Shown here: positions 44,702 through 56,613 of the stretch, in pieces | How positions within the stretch are numbered: position 1 is the first letter of the stretch | Layout: each line of letters opens with the position of its first letter | Assembly: GCA_020184695.1 (NCBI GenBank) | Contig: JAANOX010000271.1 | Span: 248,001 to 312,000, forward strand | Length of the DNA stretch: 64,000 nt | Source of the DNA: Histomonas meleagridis 2922-C6/04-290x | Lineage: Eukaryota > Protista > Parabasalia | Direction of reading: 5' to 3' | Notes under the pieces: model-generated | Seen by the model: only the letters and a program-made list of their open reading frames with translations | The model's database searches: none | Told to the model about the DNA's origin: nothing | Program-made: the position numbers and the translations under genes

Positions 44702-47700
44702 TTAAGATATGAAATCAGAAGACAGCAGCCTATCGACGAGCGCCTCATATTTTTCTTCTGACAAGTACAGCAAATGGCCGTTCTTCAGCTGCACGTCGGG
44801 GTTACCCAAGAAGTCCAAGTAAATCGGCTCCTGTATCACCGAGTAGTACTTTCCTTTGTTGTCGTGTACTATTGACATCTCTGTGAACTGTTTGTTGAGG
44901 GCCATCAGCACCGTTGGGTCGAAGTTATTCTTCTGAAACAAGTCGATTTTTTTCTGTTCGCTTATGATTTTACCATTATTCAAACATATGTAATATTGTG
45001 TTGCAGTTGTTTTGATTTGGTTCACAGCGTTATATGGCTCTTTACCCAACTCGAAGAAGTTATGAGGTAAGTTAATTAGTTTATAAGGATCGAATACATA
45101 TTCTTCTCCATTAAATTTGAAATCGAATTCATTACAAAGATTTTCATTCGATAAAAGTTCATCCCAATCCAAATAATGATTACTTTCCGTTTCATTATTT
45201 AATAAGAAATGTTCGGAAAGTTTAACACGTTTTAAGTATAATGTTAAATCTTTTCCCGTTAAATCAGTCGAATGTCTCTTACAGATGTCTTTGATCTCAC
45301 CCTTTGGGTTTTGTGATAATATTAAGTCACAAATGAAATGTCTAAAGTTTGTCCATTTCGTTTGTTCATTAAATAACACATTACCCATTAAATATAATTG
45401 TCTTACACATAAAAATAAGTTACGTGCAAGTATCGAATATTTATCATTATCTAAACATCCCGGATTAGATCTAAGACGTACTTCGAATGTAATAATTAAA
45501 GCTGTAATCGAATGTAATAATATTTCAATGTCATTATTATCATCTTCTTCTCGTTCATCTAAAATCGATTTCTTAAATTTCCGTAATATTTGTTGTAAAT
45601 GTTCATCATTTAAATCATTGATATTATCAAGTCGTGGAATAAATGTGTTCTTATGTGATCGATCAATAGGACAACGTATCGGTATACAATCATAATGTGA
45701 TAAATGTTTACAGATTGATATACCTAATACACTATTCCAAGTAATATCACCATCGAATTCTAATGGTAAATGTGTATGTAAGACAAACGCCGGATAACAT
45801 AATACTTCTTCTTTTTCATCGCGAGTAATACTACATACACAACATGTGTCCTTTTGTATTGATGGCTCTTCTTCATCTATTTCATGATTATCTTTAATGT
45901 CTTGCTTAAAATGTAATTGTCGTTGTGAGAAATTGTTCAAAATTTCTTTTCGTAACTTCTCAAATTTTTCATGATTTAATTTGGCAAGTTCTTCGTCATC
46001 TTTTTGCGTGTTTTCTTTGGCTTCAAATGTTATTGACATTTTAATTAAACAATTAATACCAATCTTTCCAAGGCGTTGAATTAAATCAACCATAGAATAT
46101 GGTTCATTATCTTTATAAATGAATTTTTGTAACATAAATGATTCGAAATTATTATTTGGTATTTTCTCAATAAATTCATCAATTGTATTAACTTTAATTG
46201 GTTCTTCTATTATAACTTTTTCGGTCGATTTTCGATTTTCAGATGTAATCATTAATAAGTTTAATATTAAATGATTTGTTTCATTTGATTTATTTTCTAA
46301 TAATATTAAATATTCATTTACAATTAATGTTGGTGTATATAATATTGAGATTAAATCTAATTTATTGATTTCAGGTAAAAATGGTTTAAATGGTAATAAT
46401 TGTTCTGGATTTTGTGCAATATATTCGGAATATGTTGTTAATATTTTATTGACTGGTGCTATAGGTGCTAAAGGATCCCAAAGATTAACAGATTTAAGTT
46501 TATATAAGTTTCCTTTATTATTATGTATTGTCGATGTAACATTATCGATATAATATTTGAAATCTGTTTCTGATAATTTTGTTTCATAATTTAATAGTTT
46601 TTGAATAGAATGAAAAGGTTTTGATCTAAGTAAAAGTTTTCGTGCTAATTTTTGGGTGGTAATAGCTTTAGTATCATTACTCATTAACATTCTATCAGTT
46701 ATCAAAGTAGAAATTAAATAAATGAAATCAAATTGTATTAATTCTTTCATTTCTTCAATGTTATCATTATATAAACCAATTGTATGAGCAATTGTATTAA
46801 TGAATTGTTCTTTATTGTTCATTAATCCTGCGCAATATTGTAATAATATGAATTGTGGGAAATTAAATTCATGTTGAAATCTTCTGCAATTAAAATCTAA
46901 TACATATAAAAGTCCAAAACATTTCTTAATGATCGATTGTGAATAGAAATAAGTAGAAATAAAATTACGTTGTGTATTAATAGCTACATATTGTAAGAAC
47001 TTATCTAAATCATTAATTGATTCGATCAATTTCTCTTTAATTGTATCTTTCTCATGCATTAATACTTGATATAATAATAACATCGATGAATATTCTGTAT
47101 ATATTGAACAATCATCAAAAATGGATTGTTTAAGTAATGGCTTATCTAAATCAAAGATTTTATTATAATTTTGATTCTCATAAATGTCAATATAATATTT
47201 CTCAAAACTTTGTAATATAAATTTATAATCAATTTCTTCCATTTTCGATATAATGTTTGTAATAACATGGAAATTAACATTAATAGAAAAGATTGGAGCA
47301 AAATGATACGCTTGTGTGATATCAGATATATTAGTAACACCTTGATCAAGATGTTCTTTATGTAAGAAAACTGGTGTTAATTCATTAAACAATTGAATTA
47401 AGTTGTTCTTTTCTGTTGGTAGTTTAATGATAGAATTAACTAAGCCTAAAAATTCGGTTTCAAAATGTGCGCAATTGTTTCGTGCTAATTCAGTTCGAAC
47501 CCTTAAATATGTGTAATCGATATTATTCTTAACAAATTCAACATATAATGGAATCCATTGTAAGTTATGGTTTTTGATACAGCGTGTGATGGGATCAATA
47601 GAATATGAATGAAACATAAAATGACAGATGGGCTGTAAGTTCTTGATCGAGCCCCCTTCATCAACATGCTTGTAATTGTATTCGAGATATTGTAATAGAT

Positions 47701-48409
47701 TTCGAAAATTAGCATATCCAAAATATTCACCAAAAATGCTGTCAGTTAATAACATGCCAAAGAGTTCGACAAACTTCTCATTGACATTTCGGGAATAATT
47801 GATGGCATTTTGCATTATATGATAATATGAATCATTGTTTGAAAAACCTAATACAACACAACGGCGTGACCCATCACCTAAGGGTACAAATTTCATAAGC
47901 CAATCTAATAATTTGAGTAGATGTAGAGGATTATCTTGAGCTAATTCATGAATATGTAAGGTCGCTGCCGTAAATATAGAAACAAGAATGTCTTTAAGAC
48001 CTTTTTCAATGTATTTCTCTTCTGGATGTTCACATGTATTTTGATGATGACAGCAAAAGCCAGAAGGACGCCAAAGTGACATGTTGCCACAGTCACAGTT
48101 GCCAATGCTAAAAGGCCTTAGAATGATAGAATGCCCTTCATGATTTCCATTTAAATAACATTCAAAACAAATACAACTTTGATCAAAAACGCCACACGTT
48201 TTACAGTGTACAGCAAGTTCGCGTTGAGACCAGGAATTTTGACATGATGATATGAAATCATGTTCTTTAAGATCTTCTATGAATTTATCAAAAGAGCCAA
48301 TTTTCTTATAATGACATAAGACCATTTCACAAAATCCAATCGCAGCAGGTGTGTGAGTTTTGAAAAGTTCTGCTAATGAAGCACCATCGAAGTAAGAAAT
48401 TTCCTCCAT
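44702..48409 (-). CDS. UBR-box N-recognin E3 ubiquitin ligase (UBR1/2/3-like)
   Basis: UBR zinc finger CQNSW...CKTCGVFDQSCICFECYLNGNHEGH...CDCGN and a RING-like CCVC...CKHLSHYDC...CPIDR. Confidence 0.88.
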   Translation of the reverse strand: MEEISYFDGASLAELFKTHTPAAIGFCEMVLCHYKKIGSFDKFIEDLKEHDFISSCQNSWSQRELAVHCKTCGVFDQSCICFECYLNGNHEGHSIILRPFSIGNCDCGNMSLWRPSGFCCHHQNTCEHPEEKYIEKGLKDILVSIFTAATLHIHELAQDNPLHLLKLLDWLMKFVPLGDGSRRCVVLGFSNNDSYYHIMQNAINYSRNVNEKFVELFGMLLTDSIFGEYFGYANFRNLLQYLEYNYKHVDEGGSIKNLQPICHFMFHSYSIDPITRCIKNHNLQWIPLYVEFVKNNIDYTYLRVRTELARNNCAHFETEFLGLVNSIIKLPTEKNNLIQLFNELTPVFLHKEHLDQGVTNISDITQAYHFAPIFSINVNFHVITNIISKMEEIDYKFILQSFEKYYIDIYENQNYNKIFDLDKPLLKQSIFDDCSIYTEYSSMLLLYQVLMHEKDTIKEKLIESINDLDKFLQYVAINTQRNFISTYFYSQSIIKKCFGLLYVLDFNCRRFQHEFNFPQFILLQYCAGLMNNKEQFINTIAHTIGLYNDNIEEMKELIQFDFIYLISTLITDRMLMSNDTKAITTQKLARKLLLRSKPFHSIQKLLNYETKLSETDFKYYIDNVTSTIHNNKGNLYKLKSVNLWDPLAPIAPVNKILTTYSEYIAQNPEQLLPFKPFLPEINKLDLISILYTPTLIVNEYLILLENKSNETNHLILNLLMITSENRKSTEKVIIEEPIKVNTIDEFIEKIPNNNFESFMLQKFIYKDNEPYSMVDLIQRLGKIGINCLIKMSITFEAKENTQKDDEELAKLNHEKFEKLRKEILNNFSQRQLHFKQDIKDNHEIDEEEPSIQKDTCCVCSITRDEKEEVLCYPAFVLHTHLPLEFDGDITWNSVLGISICKHLSHYDCIPIRCPIDRSHKNTFIPRLDNINDLNDEHLQQILRKFKKSILDEREEDDNNDIEILLHSITALIITFEVRLRSNPGCLDNDKYSILARNLFLCVRQLYLMGNVLFNEQTKWTNFRHFICDLILSQNPKGEIKDICKRHSTDLTGKDLTLYLKRVKLSEHFLLNNETESNHYLDWDELLSNENLCNEFDFKFNGEEYVFDPYKLINLPHNFFELGKEPYNAVNQIKTTATQYYICLNNGKIISEQKKIDLFQKNNFDPTVLMALNKQFTEMSIVHDNKGKYYSVIQEPIYLDFLGNPDVQLKNGHLLYLSEEKYEALVDRLLSSDFIS

Positions 48410-49216
48410 TGATTATGTCAAAAATAACAAGGAAATTTTAAGCAAACTAAGTCAAATTTTCACATAAACTGTCATTAAATAAAAAAAGTCACTATTAATT
48501 GTGAGGTGAAATTGATAACTTTACAGTATTGAAATTTTTTGCACATAATTTTATTTTTCCATATATCATTTTTCGACTTGCGTTTTCATTGATTATTAAT
48601 GTTATTGAATATGACCTATGACCAGCTCGTAGTTTTTTATTTGAAGGGATTAATATTTTTTATTTATCATATACATCACAATGACATAAATATTTATTAT
48701 TTGATGAAACGCTTGATCAAATTGAATGTTATTATTATTCGGGGGTATATTCTATAAGTAACCCACAATCAACAAAATTTTTAAATTTGATTGCACAAAT
48801 ATCTCAATGTAATCGAGATACGAATCAGTATTTCATTATACACAATCGATGAAACATTTTGCAAATAAAGTTCGTTGTGAAGAAGCATTACGAAATACTA
48901 AGTTGAAATGATCAACAACGAAGGAAAAGTTTATTTCTCAAATGATCAATTGTTAATGGTACGCATAATTGAGCTAAAAAGCAAGATAGATAAATTATCC
49001 GGCAAGCATAAAAAGCTTAAGAAGAAATATAGAAATATAAAGATATTTAAATTGATGAAGAAGAAATTCCTTCTGTTGAACAAACAATTAATGAAGATGA
49101 TTATGAAGAACGAAAACAAACAAATCTTGGAATCATACAACAAACTTATCATCACCCAATCCAACGCGGCAGGAGATCGAGAGCTCAATACTTATAAATT
49201 AATATTATTATTTTGA

Positions 49217-49860
49217 ATGAAATATAATTTCAAACCTTCAGGTGTACTTCTTAGAGCAGCAATTATTGAATCAGCTGTAAGTAATAGAGGAATAAGAACA
49301 CCAGATAATAAGATAGGTCATGGTTCTGTTGATTTATCAACACTTCTTCTAGTGAAAAGATTGTCAAATTTTGGGCTTCGGATATGTAAAGAATTAAGAA
49401 TAACAGGGAAATAACATTATTCAGCTAAAATAATATTGAGAAAAAGAAGATCAGATTTAAAAGTAACATTATCATATATGGATAAATTTTTTGAACGAGA
49501 AGATGACTTTACTAAAAACATTCCAATATATTATGATTTAGATTTAGTTGTAGTAGATCCAAATAGAAATGTATATTATAGTAATCACAACAAAAACAAC
49601 CAAGAAGAACATTGCTCAACAAATGAAAAAATTATATTATTTAAAGATAATAATGAAGTTATTGAAGGTGTTTATGAAATTCATATATTTAGTAATGAGA
49701 ATTGTGAAGATACAATTTGTGCAGTGGTTGTTACAGGACAATTTCCTCATAACAATATTAAAATTAATCCAATATAACTAAAATTTATTGAAGATCACAC
49801 ATGCATTTCAGAAGAAAATGGTAAATGTATTGAAGGAATAATTGACAAAGAAAGCAATAG
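49217..49860 (+). pseudogene. Degraded C-terminal fragment of an S8 protease paralogue
   Basis: LLRAAIIESA...TPDNKIGHGSVDL...FGLRI and YYDLDLVV...TNEKII...YEIHI match the 16791-20558 protease; broken frames, no catalytic D/H/S. Confidence 0.75.
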
Positions 49861-50092
49861 TGAAAAATAAGAAAAACGAAGAAAAATGTCAAACGCGGAT
49901 TAAGACATCGACTAATAACTTAAGCTCCAACATTTAATCTTAATGTTTCCGCAAAATCAAAATACAAGTTCTGCTAGAACTCAAATGATGCAAATCTTCA
50001 AAATTCATTTCTTCTAGTTGACTTATCACAAACTAGCTCTAGTTGCCTCGCTCAAGATTAGCAAAAAACACTAAATCATTTTCCTCATTATT

Positions 50093-50506
50093 TTATTCAA
50101 TCAATTTGAAGAATTTCAAAACTTTTGGATCTGAGCATGTTTCTTCATCTTCGACCAATTCATTGAGCCATTTTTGGAGTGCTTCTTGTCTTTGGGTCAC
50201 AAAGTCCGTTGATTTATTTCCTATCAATTTCTTAGGTGGGAAAAGACGAAGGATTCTAATATTTCCATAATCCAAAATCAATGATTCATTGAATTCAAGT
50301 AGCTGGGAATAACGGTACCTTTCTTCAGATGTTTTAACGACAGAACCACCAGTATCATACTTTTTTGCTTGGATATTGAAAAATGTTGCTTTTGCAGCAG
50401 CATCATCTTGGTGACCAGTGATTACCAAAGATATTTTTTCTTGTCCTTCACATGAAGCAAGTTGTGCTTCTATTAATGAATTGACAGTTTGTTGATCAAG
50501 ATTCAT
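50093..50506 (-). CDS. PX (phox homology) domain protein
   Basis: RYRYSQLLEFNESL...FPPKKLIG...FVTQRQEALQKWLNEL. Confidence 0.8.
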   Translation of the reverse strand: MNLDQQTVNSLIEAQLASCEGQEKISLVITGHQDDAAAKATFFNIQAKKYDTGGSVVKTSEERYRYSQLLEFNESLILDYGNIRILRLFPPKKLIGNKSTDFVTQRQEALQKWLNELVEDEETCSDPKVLKFFKLIE

Positions 50507-50640
50507 TTGGTTACGATTACTTTATTTATAACGGTTTATTTGAATTTTGAACATAAATTACCCTCGAAGGGGAATTTGTCAAACACCGTTTTTGCACAAT
50601 ACAAAAGTGACAAGACGATAATTTCAAATTTTTAAAAATT

Positions 50641-51534
50641 TTATTCATGTTCATCTTCTCCAAATTCGGAACTATATAATGCTTCAAACTGTGATTTAAG
50701 CGTATCAGCTTGAACCAATAAAACATCCATATCTATCAAGGGAAGATTGGATAAAAAATTCTTGATTTCAATATGTTCCATTCTGACTAATTTAGGCATT
50801 AATCGATCAACAAGTGCAAGAGAAACAAATAAAACTGTTCGTGGAAGTTCGCTATCGCTAATTGAAAGATATCTGTCCCAAAGACGGAGCAAAGATGATA
50901 ATGGAAGTGCTGTTGAATGTAAATATTGGAACCAATGTACAAAAATTTCATCAAGATCAATGGCTTCGCTACCAAAGTGATTAGCAAGTTCAGGCATAAA
51001 GATTTTAATGAATTTTGAGAGCTTTGACGCATATCTGAGATGGATACTATTTTCAGTCATAGTGTTAATTCTGTCGGATAAACTACTAAGCATGAAAAAT
51101 GATGAAACTTCATCTCTTCCTGAGGCAATGTATAACGGAATTGTGAGATTAACTATTCCTGGAGTAAAATGCATGTTTGGTTCGCATGAAAAATAGTTGG
51201 AAAGAATATTGTAAATACTTGATGACATAGTGTCTTTAAAGTAAATTCGTTTGTCGGCAAAAGATGAAACCATCATATTATGAATTGCCGTGTTAACAGC
51301 ATTTTTAATATAAGGAAATGTATTTGGCCGTAGACTGTTATAGTATCTTGTTCTTTCTTCAACAGCTTTCCCTTCAAATTGGTGTGAATTATCTGACACA
51401 TTTAATAAATACATCCAAACTTTCCCACGAACTGATTCTGGCACGCCGTACTTTGCAGCTGTAAAAAGTTTTTCTCTATCAACTAGAATATCTTCATCAA
51501 GGATTTCTTGGAACTGTTCAGCCGAAAGTGCCAT
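50641..51534 (-). CDS. TBC (Rab-GAP) domain protein
   Basis: GVPESVRGKVWMYLL, HFTPG, HWFQYL...LLRLWDRYL; likely start MALSAEQF at 51534. Confidence 0.85.
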   Translation of the reverse strand: MALSAEQFQEILDEDILVDREKLFTAAKYGVPESVRGKVWMYLLNVSDNSHQFEGKAVEERTRYYNSLRPNTFPYIKNAVNTAIHNMMVSSFADKRIYFKDTMSSSIYNILSNYFSCEPNMHFTPGIVNLTIPLYIASGRDEVSSFFMLSSLSDRINTMTENSIHLRYASKLSKFIKIFMPELANHFGSEAIDLDEIFVHWFQYLHSTALPLSSLLRLWDRYLSISDSELPRTVLFVSLALVDRLMPKLVRMEHIEIKNFLSNLPLIDMDVLLVQADTLKSQFEALYSSEFGEDEHE

Positions 51535-51614
51535 TATTTTGTCACTTTTATGGGGTGGTTCAAATTTTATTTGTAAATGGGGCGCCCCAAAATTTGGAAT
51601 GAATTCACATTTTA

Positions 51615-52247
51615 ATGACAATAACAAATTCACACCTAAAACTTACAATAAGAGACATATTTTCTGCAAGCACAGCAGAAAGAGATGAAGCATACTTTTG
51701 CAAGCAAAATTTAAATGATGAAAATAATAGACCAATTATTTTTATTAATGCAAGAATAAGTGGTCTTGTGATTAAGAACAATGAAACAAGCTTTTTGATT
51801 GATGATGGAACTGGTGTTATTTGTGTTGAAGTTCCAACTGATTCTTTACTATCAATTCCAAAAGTTGGCGATTATATCGAAGTTCTTGGTAAAATTAGTG
51901 GCGACGTTGAAAGGATGATTATTTTGAAGTGCTATAGTACTAAAAATGATCCAATGGAAGAAGTCAAACATCTTCTTGAACAAGCAGCTATACACAGAAA
52001 TAACATACAATTCAGAAATGAATCACAAGAACGATTTTTATCGTCAGATGCTTCTATCTCAACAGGTTTCGATAAAATCAGCGATCAAGTCACAAATCTC
52101 ATTCTTAGTTGTGATCAACCTCAAGGCGTATCATATGAGCAAATCAAACAAATATGTGGAACGGATGAAATTGCAAAGCGTGTTATATCTTTATTGGAAA
52201 ATACGGGAATAATGTATTCATCAAAAGGATCATATTACCCATTATAA
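51615..52247 (+). CDS. OB-fold plus winged-helix protein (RPA32/STN1-like)
   Basis: FLIDDGTGVICV...GDYIEVLGKI OB-fold signature and a short C-terminal helical domain. Confidence 0.7.
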   Translation: MTITNSHLKLTIRDIFSASTAERDEAYFCKQNLNDENNRPIIFINARISGLVIKNNETSFLIDDGTGVICVEVPTDSLLSIPKVGDYIEVLGKISGDVERMIILKCYSTKNDPMEEVKHLLEQAAIHRNNIQFRNESQERFLSSDASISTGFDKISDQVTNLILSCDQPQGVSYEQIKQICGTDEIAKRVISLLENTGIMYSSKGSYYPL

Positions 52248-52372
52248 AAAAAATCTTTGCATTTAGCATGGTGTTGAGTAAAAAAAATGGTAAATTAATA
52301 ATTTAGAAATTTCATTTTATCATTTCTAACATATGTAAACAATTCAATTTACTGTATCGCTTTGGCGGACGT

Positions 52373-53128
52373 TTAATCTTCGTTCTTTTGTTTTCCAATT
52401 TCTTCACAAATATTACTGTAAAATCTTTTTGCTTCGAATGTATTGCTTTCATCAAAAGCAATTTCGATTCTTTTTTCATTTCTAAGTGCAACCACTAAAT
52501 ATGTTTTTCCTATTATTGTAATATCAATATTGATTATGTCATCCATTTTGATTGTAAAGTCTGATTCTTCATTTGTTATTTTGATTTCTGATTTAGAATA
52601 ATCAAATTCACCATGAAATTCATTTTCAACTCCTGTGCCAGTAAGAACGACTTTGCACTGTTGGGATGCTGGTTGTAAAAGGTTCACAGATGGTTCTGGC
52701 ATCTCTTTACTTGCGGATGTTTTTGTGAATATGATTGGAATAGATTCTGTTTCGAGTTCTAACATTGAATTTAATGGAAGTTTTCTTGTGTTCATTAGGA
52801 GTTCAATTAAGGTTGAAGATGCATCTGCCAAATGAAATGTGTATGGACCATTTGCTACCAACAGTATTGATGAACTTTTGGTTAACAAAGAAAATGAACA
52901 ATCAGATACATTCCAAAGTTCTAAAATTCCATCTCTTGTTTTGATTAGATAAGTATTTGGATATCTTGAAGAAAAGTAAAGAACGCATGATTTAATTACA
53001 TTTTTAAAACCAATAAAATTTAAGTCTTCCTGAACTTGTATCCAAGAGTAATCAACACCAGCTTCTGGAGGGCCATCGAATCCAAACCAACTCCAGCTTT
53101 TTTCCCAAAAAGGTGACTGAGACTCCAT
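52373..53128 (-). CDS. Hypothetical protein
   Basis: 251-aa ORF with normal composition; no motif recognised. Confidence 0.6.
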   Translation of the reverse strand: MESQSPFWEKSWSWFGFDGPPEAGVDYSWIQVQEDLNFIGFKNVIKSCVLYFSSRYPNTYLIKTRDGILELWNVSDCSFSLLTKSSSILLVANGPYTFHLADASSTLIELLMNTRKLPLNSMLELETESIPIIFTKTSASKEMPEPSVNLLQPASQQCKVVLTGTGVENEFHGEFDYSKSEIKITNEESDFTIKMDDIINIDITIIGKTYLVVALRNEKRIEIAFDESNTFEAKRFYSNICEEIGKQKNED

Positions 53129-53261
53129 TAGAAAGACCAGAATTGAATTGATAATTGGTTGAACAAAGCATAAAGTAAAAAATCGCTAATTTCCTTCTGA
53201 TAAAGCGCTTATCATCAAAAACATAAAATTATTAATTAACATTTATTAAATAAATACATAA

Positions 53262-53936
53262 TTATTTTTTTAATTTCGCAATTTGTGATCGAAGAAGTTC
53301 AACTTCTTGTTCTAATCTTGATCGCTCCTCTTCTGTTTTACGAATAGACGATTCAACTATTTCGTATGTATATAAGTATCTGCGTTTTAAATTTTCTTTC
53401 CGTAAAGAAATGTATTTTGAACATGGATTTCTTTCTTTATTTAACTTGTACATAAGAGCAGAAATCCTTCTCTCAAGGTTTGACATGTCATCTCCGTCTT
53501 GCAGTATTCCAATTTCATGAAAAGGTTCATCTGATATAACATCAAATGTTGCAGTTTCTTTTATATTTTGTAATAGCATTAATTGGCTCTCAAGAAAACC
53601 GATTTGTGGCATTGACCTATTGAGGTCTGTGAGTTGATCATTTTCATTTTGAAGTTTTTCATTATTTGATTCCAAGGTACGCATTGTTTTTTCTGCATTA
53701 ATTGTTAGCTCGTTAAGCTGATCTTGAAATTTTTTAATCTGACTTTTGCATTGTGAATTTGCTCTTTTCCCAGCAATTAATTTGGAAAATAAATCTTTTT
53801 TAGTTGAATTTAGATTAGACCTTGAAACATCAAACTCATCAATTTCCACCTCATTGTCAAATGAAAGTCGCCTATTTCGATTTAATATTGGAGAAAATGT
53901 TAATGATAAAGAAAAGTTGGATTTTTTTTCAGCCAT
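53262..53936 (-). CDS. Hypothetical coiled-coil protein
   Basis: 224-aa ORF with heptad-rich segments. Confidence 0.6.
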   Translation of the reverse strand: MAEKKSNFSLSLTFSPILNRNRRLSFDNEVEIDEFDVSRSNLNSTKKDLFSKLIAGKRANSQCKSQIKKFQDQLNELTINAEKTMRTLESNNEKLQNENDQLTDLNRSMPQIGFLESQLMLLQNIKETATFDVISDEPFHEIGILQDGDDMSNLERRISALMYKLNKERNPCSKYISLRKENLKRRYLYTYEIVESSIRKTEEERSRLEQEVELLRSQIAKLKK

Positions 53937-54851
53937 ATAATTCGAACAAACTTTGTTAAATTATATAAAATCAGGTTTTATAGAAAAAAGTACATCGTGT
54001 TGTAATAATAAAGGTAGTATGAATATCATTATATATGAATTTTTTCATATGACCAAAAGTTAAACTTGAACTGAAATTACATTGAAATGATTTGGGTTAT
54101 AAGTTCATAATCATATTTCAGTAAAAAGAAAAAGAACAGCAATGTAAGCATTTAGTTTGTACCAATTTGTAACCAAAGAAACACATTTGTTTCATGAAAT
54201 AATTTATGAAGCATTACGTAACCAATTAAGAAATTTAAAATAATATTAATACGAATTAAAAAATAGTCAAATTACTTCTTGAGCAAAAAGCAATTGACAC
54301 TGATATTATAAAAGGCCCAGCTTAATAAAGAGTTATTGTGGATTTAAACCCTAATTCCTTCAAACCCCACCCCCTGTCTCGTTTGAGTTTAGCGCTTATA
54401 CTTGCCATTTCACTTAGTGAAGGATTTGAATCGAATGACATTTCATCTCAATGATCAAGCACAAAGGCACATCTAATATTTATACATTTGAATTCAATGT
54501 CGATTCTACAACAGAAATTAATGATGAATATAACATTACTTATGCAGTCCATACAATTTATTCTAATCAAGATAAATGGATTTAACTCACTGGAAATTTC
54601 AACAATAAATTTAAATAAATTTCGGAATACGAATTTAATATAATAAGTAAAAATGTTTCTCATGTATAATACATAATGTAAATAAAATGTTATCTCAATA
54701 AAAACAAACTTTCATAATTGAACTAAGATTTTAATTGTTTAACAAGTTATACAATTCCTTCATTATTAATTCTTTTGCGTCAAATGAAGTGGGTAATATG
54801 TGTGAGTGAATTTTTAAGGAACTAACAAATAAAATGAAAGTTTTTCCTTGT

Positions 54852-55271
54852 TTAATGATTAGCTGAAAGAGGGCTATCTGAGAGCGCCCAGCCTTCAACA
54901 ACGCGAACACCTATGGGATCTGGATTTTGCTTAAAGTTAACAAATTCCATTGTGTGTTGCAAGATCTCTTCGTTTGTGTCAAGATTCTTGACTTTAACAG
55001 TGTAACGTATTGCTGCCCAATCATCTTTAATGATCATATTATCAAATGCTCCAAGTTCCATCGTGTAATGTTGGAAAAGTTTTCCCATCATATCTTTATA
55101 TTGTTGTAATGTTAATCGATGACTGTATACATTATAATGTGCATCTGGTTCATATAGTGTGTTACACCATTCTAACCAACCATCATATCCGCCGTTCCAA
55201 TTCTTAAATCCATTTACAAGACGATCACGAATTGCTTCTTCGAAATTCTTAGCAGCTGTATTGTTTTCCAT
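54852..55271 (-). CDS. SnoaL/NTF2-like protein, bacterial type
   Basis: 139 aa with LYEPDAHY...DNMIIKDDWAAIRY...MEFVNF...VVEGW pattern. Confidence 0.7.
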   Translation of the reverse strand: MENNTAAKNFEEAIRDRLVNGFKNWNGGYDGWLEWCNTLYEPDAHYNVYSHRLTLQQYKDMMGKLFQHYTMELGAFDNMIIKDDWAAIRYTVKVKNLDTNEEILQHTMEFVNFKQNPDPIGVRVVEGWALSDSPLSANH

Positions 55272-55808
55272 CTCTGAGATGCCTATTATTTACTAAAATG
55301 ATGTCATGAAAAAAGCATCGGATTGGCTGCACCAAAAGAAACTCCGGTGATCATTTGAATTTTCAGTTTTACCTGTACTCAATAGAAAAAGTCATTTTTC
55401 CGGTTAAATGTAAACAAAACTGATGACTTTTGAATAAAATAATTGTAACGATTAAATTCAACAGAAATAATATGGAAGAAAAGTAACCTGAAAACAAAAC
55501 AAATTCATTAATATAAATAATTATTAATATGTTTTCCTTATAGGTTATATAAGTGATATTTTGTATGGCTAATGATGAGTATAATCAAAGAAATATAATA
55601 TTAATGATTAATAATTGAAAACATTTCTCATTCCTATTTCAAATATTATTAAATAGAAATAGCAACATTACTCTTAAAATACTTATTTTGAATCTTTTTT
55701 TACTTATTATAATGAGTAAATGGGTTTTCATCTGATGTCTTCGACCGTTTATTCAAAAGGGCAAATATTTTTCAATTGAATGATAGGGTAAATTTCGGTA
55801 TTTTTCAC

Positions 55809-56443
55809 ATGTCAAGCACCGATTTTGACCTTCTTTTTAGTATATTTTAATTCTTACATCAGAGGTTCTTCTTATTGGAGATTCAGGCACAGGTAAGAGC
55901 TGTATCCTTATCCGCTTTGCAGAAAACATTTTTAGTGATAACTATATCTCAACAATTGGTGTTGATTTCAAAATCAAGACAATTGAGATCGAAGGAAAGA
56001 CAGTTAAAATGCAGGTATGGGATACCGCTGGTCAAGAACGTTTCAGAACAATTACTGCTTCATATTATCGTGGAAGCAATGGTATTATCCTTGTTTACGA
56101 TGTAACTGATCGTGATTCATTTGATCACATAAACTACTGGATGAAGGAAATTGATCGTTTAGCAACCCCAGATGTTTGTAGACTTCTTGTTGGAAATAAG
56201 ATTGATCTTGAAGACAAGCGCGTTGTCACAACCGAAGAAGGACAAGCCCTTGCCAACCAATACGGAGTTGCATTCATCGAAACCTCTGCTAAAGACAATA
56301 ATAACATTGAAATGACATTCCAAAAAATGGCAGAAGCTATGCAGAAGAAACAGGGTGCTGGCGGACCAGCCGCAAACGGGTCTGGAGGAAGCGTACCAAT
56401 TGGCGCCTCAAAGAAAGTTCAGGATGGCGGTTGCAGCTGCTAA
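55809..56443 (+). CDS. RAB1: Rab1 GTPase with one 23-nt intron (55840-55862)
   Basis: After splicing: MSSTDFDLLFKVLLIGDSGTGKSC...IGVDFKIKT...WDTAGQERF...GNKID...ETSAK...GGCSC. Confidence 0.93.
55840..55862 (+). other. Short spliceosomal GT-AG intron GTATATTTTAATTCTTACATCAG
   Basis: Removal restores A|AG = Lys in FKVLLIG. The size matches the ~25-nt short intron class known in Trichomonas. Confidence 0.9.
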
Positions 56444-56613
56444 AGTAAAAACACCAATCCATCATCGACCGTTTACTACGATAAACTCATAACGGTTTTC
56501 GATCAATTTTTATTGAAATTTGACGCTCCGGTCATATTCAAAATGTGGCGGTTTTTTCTCTTTCTGTTGTCGATAATTGAGATCGATTTTTTATAACAAA
56601 ACAAAACTTCACA

